A DNA stretch of 64,000 nt from Acinetobacter phage Mokit. Made by a program: the position numbers and the translations under genes. The notes beneath the pieces are model-generated. The model made no database searches, was not told the origin of the DNA, and was given only the letters and a program-made list of their open reading frames with translations. The DNA lies in the sequence record MW388002.1; one strand, written 5' to 3'. How positions within the stretch are numbered: the stretch's first letter is position 1; each line of letters begins with the position of its first letter. Shown piece after piece: positions 58,022 through 64,000 of this stretch.

Positions 58022-58753
58022 ATGAACACTTCAATCAAAGACCAACAACCCTCAGCACAGGCTGAAGATGGCACACTTACACCTGAAAAAAACAGAAATG
58101 ATTCACATCGTAGCTCTCTACCTGTGTTTGATTTTATATTTGGCTTATTGGATATACTATTCAAGGATGGAGCAACAGGAAAACTTCTCGCATCTCGAGT
58201 AGCAGCCCTTTTTGCAGTGTTTATCATGATAATGATTTGGGTGAAAGCTGATGCTATAGGAAAATTATATGTAGAGGCGTCATATGAAAAGTATGCTCAA
58301 GCTATCCAAGCTGAACGCACAAAGAGGTTTAACGCGACTATTCAAGAGCAACTCCAAATAGCGCATGTCGCATCAGGCGCTGACTTCTCAGCAGTATATG
58401 TTTTCAGACCTAAAAACTTAAACTACTTTGTAGACTTAGAGGTTTATGAAGGGCGAATTCCTCCTACAGTAGATCCGAAGAACATGGGCGGATATCCAGT
58501 CGATAAAACATCCAATGAATATATTGCTCATTTAAGTGGTCAATCATTCACTACAGATTCAGAATTTGGCTATCTTCCGACAACAGAAGATGAGAAAGGC
58601 GTAACATTCATGTACAGTTGCCCATATTTTAATCTCGATAACATTTATTCTGGTTCTGTTGCAATGTATTGGTATCAACAGCCAAGAGTTGCCAAAAAGC
58701 GACTTGATTCAATATGTAACCAAGCCGCTAGAGCAATAGGGCGTGCTAGATAA
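58022..58753 (+). CDS. t: Holin.
   Basis: Colinear with T4 T (DILFGLLD.LFKD.ATGK.LASRVA...SCPYFNLDNIY.G...MYWY). Confidence 0.9.
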   Translation: MNTSIKDQQPSAQAEDGTLTPEKNRNDSHRSSLPVFDFIFGLLDILFKDGATGKLLASRVAALFAVFIMIMIWVKADAIGKLYVEASYEKYAQAIQAERTKRFNATIQEQLQIAHVASGADFSAVYVFRPKNLNYFVDLEVYEGRIPPTVDPKNMGGYPVDKTSNEYIAHLSGQSFTTDSEFGYLPTTEDEKGVTFMYSCPYFNLDNIYSGSVAMYWYQQPRVAKKRLDSICNQAARAIGRAR

Positions 58754-59029
58754 TTAGAACTTAGCAGTGTTAGTGTACATTGCTAATTTTTTGTAGATCG
58801 GTGCATGTCCAATATTAAATTCTGCGATAAGTTGTTCTTTTTGACGATTCGTGATATCTTGTGTCAAATTAAAAAGGTTGCCAGCGGTAACCTTTTTACC
58901 GTTAATAGTAATGCCAAGTTCATTCAAAAATGCAATGAATAAGTTTTTATCTTCAATAATGTCATCGTGCCCAAATTTGATAAGAATTGATACAACAGCA
59001 GCGATCTCAGCGAGAGTTTCAAATACCAT
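58754..59029 (-). CDS. asiA: Anti-sigma-70 protein AsiA.
   Basis: 91 aa. Similar to T4 AsiA (ILIKF...DI.E....FIAFLNE.G.T..G.K). Confidence 0.7.
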   Translation of the reverse strand: MVFETLAEIAAVVSILIKFGHDDIIEDKNLFIAFLNELGITINGKKVTAGNLFNLTQDITNRQKEQLIAEFNIGHAPIYKKLAMYTNTAKF

Positions 59030-59040
59030 GATAGAGTTCC

Positions 59041-59658
59041 TTAAGAGTTAAAATAGTTTACAATAGCGTCAATTAAGATTTCGATATTTTCGATTGTACG
59101 TGGCATATCGAAGTATGTTTGTGCAGGTGTAGAGCGGTATGACATACCGATTGATGCAAATAAGTCAATAGTTTCTTGCGATGGCTTACGAATACAAACG
59201 CGAATTTCCGGTTTATTTTTGATTTCAATACATCCAATGCCTTTGCATCGTTTTTCAAAGAATAAGAAAATATTACTACGACTAACACTGACATCTTTTA
59301 TTTCAATTTTGCCTTTAATATACTCTACTGCATGATCTCGGCACGATTCCATGTCTTCAGTGATTTCACGTTTGTTTGAGCCTGTGCGTTTGACAAGTAA
59401 GTCCGGGCGTTCGGCTTCAACAAATAACTTCATTGCATTTTCAACAAGTTCATCACCAAAAATAGAAATGATGTACATCTCGTTAGATTCATCGACAAGA
59501 TTGAATTCAATCAATTCATCCAGGTGTTCACCTATTTCATCTTTAGAATGATATTGAGTACCATATAGTTTCAATAAATAATTTAAGGCTTGATCACCTG
59601 GTGTTTTGTCAAGATTCAATTGTTTGGCCGCTTGAGCCATATAAAACAATTTATCCAT
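59041..59658 (-). CDS. motA: Middle transcription activator MotA.
   Basis: 205 aa against T4 at 211 aa, adjacent to asiA. The C-terminal domain resembles MotA. Confidence 0.65.
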   Translation of the reverse strand: MDKLFYMAQAAKQLNLDKTPGDQALNYLLKLYGTQYHSKDEIGEHLDELIEFNLVDESNEMYIISIFGDELVENAMKLFVEAERPDLLVKRTGSNKREITEDMESCRDHAVEYIKGKIEIKDVSVSRSNIFLFFEKRCKGIGCIEIKNKPEIRVCIRKPSQETIDLFASIGMSYRSTPAQTYFDMPRTIENIEILIDAIVNYFNS

Positions 59659-59719
59659 TTATTTTGTTCCAATTAGTTGATAAGACTATAATAACAAAAT
59701 TAACTAACAATGTAAACAG

Positions 59720-59746
59720 CAAAAGGGACCAAATGGTCCCTTTTTA
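59720..59746 (-). terminator. Terminator downstream of gp52.
   Basis: aaagggacc aaat ggtcccttt. Confidence 0.55.
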
Positions 59747-59747
59747 A

Positions 59748-61127
59748 TCATTTAAGACTAGAAAGCTCTTCTAAATCTTTAGCGTATTCTGCTTTAGCCG
59801 TAGTGGTTTGCCAATAGTCTAGATCTGCTTTAGCTTCATGAGCCTTGGCTTTAAGATTTTCTACTTCATCATCTGTCATATGATAGATGTTCATTGATAC
59901 TAATTGATCTTCAAATCCTTCAAACACTGAAGTTTTCGATAACTCAGATTTGAGTTCACTTCGTGTTTTACCTTTAATTGAAATATTGCCTGCATTAACC
60001 TCTTTGATGAAAAGCGCCTTAGCAATAGCCAATTTGAACGTTTGTTCAGCACGTTGTTTCATGTATTCAATTCGTTTTTCTACAAATTTTAAACGAACTT
60101 TAACAAAATGCTCAATTAACGGAGCGGCAGTTTCAAATTTGTCATTAAGCTTGCCATTTTCGTCAATGACTACGATGTTTTGAGAAACACGTTCGACAAG
60201 TTTGAAATCACGTTTGATCTTTTCATCTAGTGCATCTTCGGATTCTGGAAGTTTATAGTCTTTGCGGAACTTGACTTTAAATCCAAAACCTTTCTTTGAG
60301 CAGTCGTCATCATATGAAATGAGTCCTGCATCTTCTAGAGGATCTAATACCTTTTCTACATATTTTGCACGATCCCAAGAGTACGGGATCTCAGAAATGT
60401 ACATTTGTGTTTTTGAAATAATTTCATAAACACCATGTAATTCATATTTGCCTGGTTCAATGTAACGAACTTCACCGTTGAACTCCGGGAATGCAACTTG
60501 AGGCTCAATCGTAAGGTTGCCTTCAAGCGCTTTCTTTGTGCAATGTACAACTGATTCAAAGCTATGTGGCAAAATAGATGTAGAGTAGCCTGTTGCAATA
60601 CCACGGACACCGTTTAACAGTACAGTAGGGATAACTGGCAAATAGAACTTCGGAGGCATATGCTCTTTATCTTCATGTTCTGGAGCAATTTCAATATCTT
60701 TAAAGACCTTATTGAAATTTTCTGATATGCGACAGAAAATATAACGAGATGCTGCAGCCTCTTGAACGAGACGAGATCCAAAGTTACCTTGCCCATCTAA
60801 GAACGGGAAGTTGTTATTCCACGTGTTGGCCATTAGTGCACCAGCTTCTTGAGCTGAGTTTTCACCATGATGATACCCAGCATCAGCTACACCACCTGCC
60901 ACTGAAGCTAATTTGTGCATTTTATCTTTATTGCCTTTTGACAGCTGAATTGCACGATAAATCATGAATCGTTGTACAGGTTTGAATCCGTCAATCATGT
61001 TAGGAATTGCACGGTTTTCAACAGTGTACATTGCATAAGCTTTTGCTTCTACATCAATAATATCTGATAGTTCGCGTTCGATATTTTGCATAAATGGTTC
61101 CTCTGTATTTTTGTCTATTATAAACAC
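59748..61127 (-). CDS. 52: Topoisomerase II medium subunit.
   Basis: GyrA-like N-terminal region. 459 aa against T4 gp52 at 442 aa. Confidence 0.85.
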   Translation of the reverse strand: MFIIDKNTEEPFMQNIERELSDIIDVEAKAYAMYTVENRAIPNMIDGFKPVQRFMIYRAIQLSKGNKDKMHKLASVAGGVADAGYHHGENSAQEAGALMANTWNNNFPFLDGQGNFGSRLVQEAAASRYIFCRISENFNKVFKDIEIAPEHEDKEHMPPKFYLPVIPTVLLNGVRGIATGYSTSILPHSFESVVHCTKKALEGNLTIEPQVAFPEFNGEVRYIEPGKYELHGVYEIISKTQMYISEIPYSWDRAKYVEKVLDPLEDAGLISYDDDCSKKGFGFKVKFRKDYKLPESEDALDEKIKRDFKLVERVSQNIVVIDENGKLNDKFETAAPLIEHFVKVRLKFVEKRIEYMKQRAEQTFKLAIAKALFIKEVNAGNISIKGKTRSELKSELSKTSVFEGFEDQLVSMNIYHMTDDEVENLKAKAHEAKADLDYWQTTTAKAEYAKDLEELSSLK

Positions 61128-61180
61128 AAAACTGGTTAAGCATGAAACTTAACCAGTTAGAATTTTAAATTAAAAGTACG

Positions 61181-61339
61181 CTATTTGACCAGCTTAAAGC
61201 AAATTACGTATGTGATATACGACACAATAGCTAGTCCAAATAGATACCCAGGATCAGCAAAATCCATAGGCGGCATCAAAGATCGCACAATCGAGTAAAG
61301 AAACATTAAAAATAAAGCAATGAATTGATTTGTGCTCAT
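61181..61339 (-). CDS. Small membrane protein. Start taken at the internal ATG that is ATGA-coupled to the upstream small ORF.
   Basis: MSTNQFIALFLMFLYSIV..., hydrophobic. Confidence 0.3.
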   Translation of the reverse strand: MSTNQFIALFLMFLYSIVRSLMPPMDFADPGYLFGLAIVSYITYVICFKLVK

Positions 61340-61482
61340 TTTGAGCCTCCGAGTAAAAACCATAGTGTTCCAGAGAATAAGGCTATCATATCCGCTATAA
61401 AGAACTTATTATCTACTGGTCCATTTGTTGCAAGATCGAATAACGAAATCGCAATTGCCAACAAAACTATTGTAGATTTCAT
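61336..61482 (-). CDS. Small membrane protein of 48 aa, missing from the ORF track.
   Basis: MKSTIVLLAIAISLFDLATNGPVDNKFFIADMIALFSGTLWFLLGGSK. It starts immediately after the ndd stop. Confidence 0.3.
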   Translation of the reverse strand: MKSTIVLLAIAISLFDLATNGPVDNKFFIADMIALFSGTLWFLLGGSK

Positions 61483-61941
61483 TTAATACTTCTGCGCACG
61501 AAATTTAAAGTTGTCATTAAGCATACGATTCATTTCTTCTAGATTTTGGAATCCTTCAGAATGTTGTCGTGTTAAAGCTAACGCAAGTTTACCTTTACCA
61601 AAGCCGTTTGTAATAGCTTTCATTTTATCCAAGCTAACATAATAGATGTCAAATGACGAAAATGAATCCATTAGAGCATCGCCAGTCTTTGAACGACGTA
61701 AGCGAATTTGTGAAACAATATTTCGAAGTCCAGACGATGTACGTTGACGTCCAACATAGAATCGAGCATATACTTCTTGACGATTAGTGTGAACAAAGAA
61801 ATAGAATCCAGCTTTGTTAAGATCAGATACTGGCGGTTCAGTTGTATGTGGCTCATACAACGCACCTTTAGCAGTCAATCGTGCAATAAATTGGCCTTTA
61901 ACAAGACGAAGGTCCTTTAACATCATAAGTGATTTGTTCAT
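61483..61941 (-). CDS. ndd: Nucleoid disruption protein.
   Basis: Similar to T4 Ndd (GFYF.V.....ARFYVG.QR...G......IR.RRS...TGFGKG.LALA.TR.H...Q.LEEMNRML.DNFKF). Confidence 0.75.
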   Translation of the reverse strand: MNKSLMMLKDLRLVKGQFIARLTAKGALYEPHTTEPPVSDLNKAGFYFFVHTNRQEVYARFYVGRQRTSSGLRNIVSQIRLRRSKTGDALMDSFSSFDIYYVSLDKMKAITNGFGKGKLALALTRQHSEGFQNLEEMNRMLNDNFKFRAQKY

Positions 61942-62002
61942 TTCAATTTCCAGTTTAGGTTTGATATTGCAATTATACCATATAGGATTTAGATTGTAAA
62001 TA

Positions 62003-62617
62003 CTAAAAATAAAAAATATTCAATTTATTTTTAGTTACTGTGTTGACATATTGATTAATGTAATACCCTTCAAATTTAGACTTGACGATAATTCCAGGAT
62101 ACACTAAGGAATCTTTATCGCTAAGCATATATGGTTTTATTAACCATCCTGATGGTTGTCTCTCGGTAACAAATATGATAATTAAATCGGCTTGAGGTTG
62201 CTCTACAAACGGTCTCAGGTTTATACCTGTGTTACCCTTAAATGGTCCTACATGTCCTGTGTTTACTGTTATGTATTTTGAAGCAGATTGATGAGTCTTA
62301 ACTTCTATACGCATCCCGTAATATTCAGGACCAGCCAAAACATCGAATGCATATGTCCACGGGTCTTCTAAGTCTTCTTCACCGTGCATAACATGGCCAT
62401 TTAACCATTCTGCGACATACTGCTCGGCCAATATAGCAATGACACAGCGTTCTGTGACTTGTTTTATATCAGTTTCGGAATTTTGACTCATTGCATAACT
62501 TACGGTATCATGAACCTTTTCTCTAGATTCAGCAGATAGGTCGCTAATTGTCATCAATCGTGGTGGAATATTTGTCAACCGTACAAATGTTTTATTATCT
62601 TTCATACAACGCCTCAA
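62003..62617 (-). CDS. Hypothetical protein in the denB (endonuclease IV) position.
   Basis: By synteny between ndd and rIIB only. Confidence 0.3.
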   Translation of the reverse strand: MRRCMKDNKTFVRLTNIPPRLMTISDLSAESREKVHDTVSYAMSQNSETDIKQVTERCVIAILAEQYVAEWLNGHVMHGEEDLEDPWTYAFDVLAGPEYYGMRIEVKTHQSASKYITVNTGHVGPFKGNTGINLRPFVEQPQADLIIIFVTERQPSGWLIKPYMLSDKDSLVYPGIIVKSKFEGYYINQYVNTVTKNKLNIFYF

Positions 62618-62636
62618 AAGGGCCCGAAGGCCCTAT
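62615..62636 (-). terminator. Terminator downstream of rIIB.
   Basis: agggccc gaa gggccct followed by a T-run on the minus strand. Confidence 0.5.
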
Positions 62637-62644
62637 GTTAGAAA

Positions 62645-63931
62645 TTAGAGTTTAGCTTCGCCAATAACAAGGTATTTGCATGTGCGCATTTTAGCATTGT
62701 TGTAATCAACCGGGATTGATACTACATCTCGTGGATGCACTTTAACTCGAACCACTCGGTTACTAGAGCATGAAGCATACTGGCTTAGATATGATTTAGA
62801 ACAAACATGAAGGCCGTTTGAACAAGTTTGTTCATCATCTTCATTGACCATATTTCGAGGCATTTCTACCATTTTGCCTGGGCTGTTGTCCATAGTGTGT
62901 GAATAGATGTCGAAAAAGTCTGGACCGACCTTTTTCCATGCAATGAAATGGCCGTCTGCTGTAATTTCAATATCATTTGCCTGTAAGAAGTCAAATAAAC
63001 GTTTAACCGCACGTTCAGATGGATTAAGCATAAGATTTTCAAGGAATGGCAAGTAAAACTCAAAATCTTCGCCAGCTTCCATGGAGGAAATAATGCGAGA
63101 TGTCAATCCGGAACGAATTTCAATACCTTTGTAGAACAATTGCCCATTACTAATTTCCACATTGCCTTTAGTGTATTTAGACACTGCACGTTCAGTATTA
63201 ATCATATCGATTGCTTGTTCTACATCGCCGTTGATTAATAGCTGTAATGCATCTTTAAATTTAGGATGAGATGAATCGACATTAAACGTTTTACGTCCTT
63301 TGACAATTGAAATAAATTTTGAAGATGCAGTCCATGTTGCAGATTCAGGTTCAGATGATGTGATTTTTCCATCAATAGATTTTGCTGTTTCCGACTTTTG
63401 TTGAGGAGCTCGTTTTAGAATAAATTTTTGCCCTTCAGCGAATTTTTCTTTATGTTGGCGCTTCTTGATTTCTACTCCGATTTCCTCCAATTCCTCTTCG
63501 CTATGATGTTGAGGTGCACCTGTAATAATTACTTTGCCGACTCGGATATGTTTCATGACACCTACATCATTTTCAAAGAATGACCAATTGTCAAATGTTT
63601 CATCATCAATTTCTTGCTCGTCATCGAGCAATTTACCAACATAAATGTCATTTGCATAAATGACACCGTCTTTTTTGTCGCCGGTGATTTCTAATTCAAA
63701 TGCACAAAATTCATCTTTAATATAAAGTTGTGCAGATTCATCAGTCAATTTAAAAATAGACTTGGTGGCAGGAACTCGTGTGAATAATGAAAGTTGTTCA
63801 ATATTTGCATTTTGAATACGACGAACCGTATCAATAGAACAATTTAAACTTTCTGCAATAGCACGTTGTGTAACGCCTGATGCACGTCCAATCAATAATG
63901 ATGAAATTTGCTCTTTAGATAATTTAGACAT
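62645..63931 (-). CDS. rIIB: rIIB membrane-associated protein.
   Basis: N-terminal HTH and C-terminal region colinear with T4 rIIB (SGL..RI..SME.GE.FEFY.PFLENL..NPS..AV.RLFDFL.ANDIEIT.DG). Confidence 0.85.
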   Translation of the reverse strand: MSKLSKEQISSLLIGRASGVTQRAIAESLNCSIDTVRRIQNANIEQLSLFTRVPATKSIFKLTDESAQLYIKDEFCAFELEITGDKKDGVIYANDIYVGKLLDDEQEIDDETFDNWSFFENDVGVMKHIRVGKVIITGAPQHHSEEELEEIGVEIKKRQHKEKFAEGQKFILKRAPQQKSETAKSIDGKITSSEPESATWTASSKFISIVKGRKTFNVDSSHPKFKDALQLLINGDVEQAIDMINTERAVSKYTKGNVEISNGQLFYKGIEIRSGLTSRIISSMEAGEDFEFYLPFLENLMLNPSERAVKRLFDFLQANDIEITADGHFIAWKKVGPDFFDIYSHTMDNSPGKMVEMPRNMVNEDDEQTCSNGLHVCSKSYLSQYASCSSNRVVRVKVHPRDVVSIPVDYNNAKMRTCKYLVIGEAKL

Positions 63932-64000
63932 GAGACTTTCCTTTTAAGAAGATAAAACCATTATAAACAAATTTTGTGAAGCAGTAAAACAGCTTATTTA

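Noticed and set aside
1-64000. tRNA genes, rRNA genes, CRISPR arrays, integrase or other prophage-border features.
   Set aside because: No cloverleaf-compatible segments were noticed in intergenic regions. There are no regularly spaced direct repeats and no tyrosine or serine recombinase motifs. The window is a core lytic-phage segment.

Overview
The window reads as a contiguous stretch of a T4-like (Tevenvirinae-type) myovirus genome, AT-rich, in near-perfect T4 synteny read in reverse T4 orientation. Gene order is: tail sheath gp18 C-terminus, tail tube gp19, portal gp20, prohead core gp67/gp68, prohead protease gp21, scaffold gp22, major capsid gp23, vertex gp24, Hoc, Inh-like, UvsW, gp25/gp26/gp51/gp27/gp28/gp29/gp48/gp54 baseplate hub, Alt, DNA ligase gp30, a 30.x-like block, gp31 co-chaperonin, dCMP deaminase, Nudix, polynucleotide kinase, RNA ligase 1, NrdB, NrdA, thymidylate synthase, DHFR, gp32, gp59, gp33, DsbA, RNase H, long tail fibre gp34-gp37, holin t, AsiA, MotA, gp52 topoisomerase, ndd, denB-like and rIIB. 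All calls are by eye, using remembered T4 protein sequences, textbook motifs and synteny; nothing was computed or searched. Features that depart from the T4 template: gp27 carries a C-terminal CHAP-like peptidase domain; Hoc is about 1092 aa with many Ig-like repeats; two free-standing HNH endonucleases are inserted, one between gp18 and gp19 and one between nrdA and nrdB; a near-identical roughly 52-bp repeat occurs at two distant intergenic sites; two roughly 55-aa Cys/His-rich ORFs are missing from the ORF track; a multi-hairpin intergenic region sits where T4 has denA; a NADAR-like protein lies next to a HAD nucleotidase; a convergent ORF replaces gp38; and several late promoters are palindromic (TATTTATAAATA) and could fire divergently. 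No tRNA, rRNA or CRISPR array was recognised.
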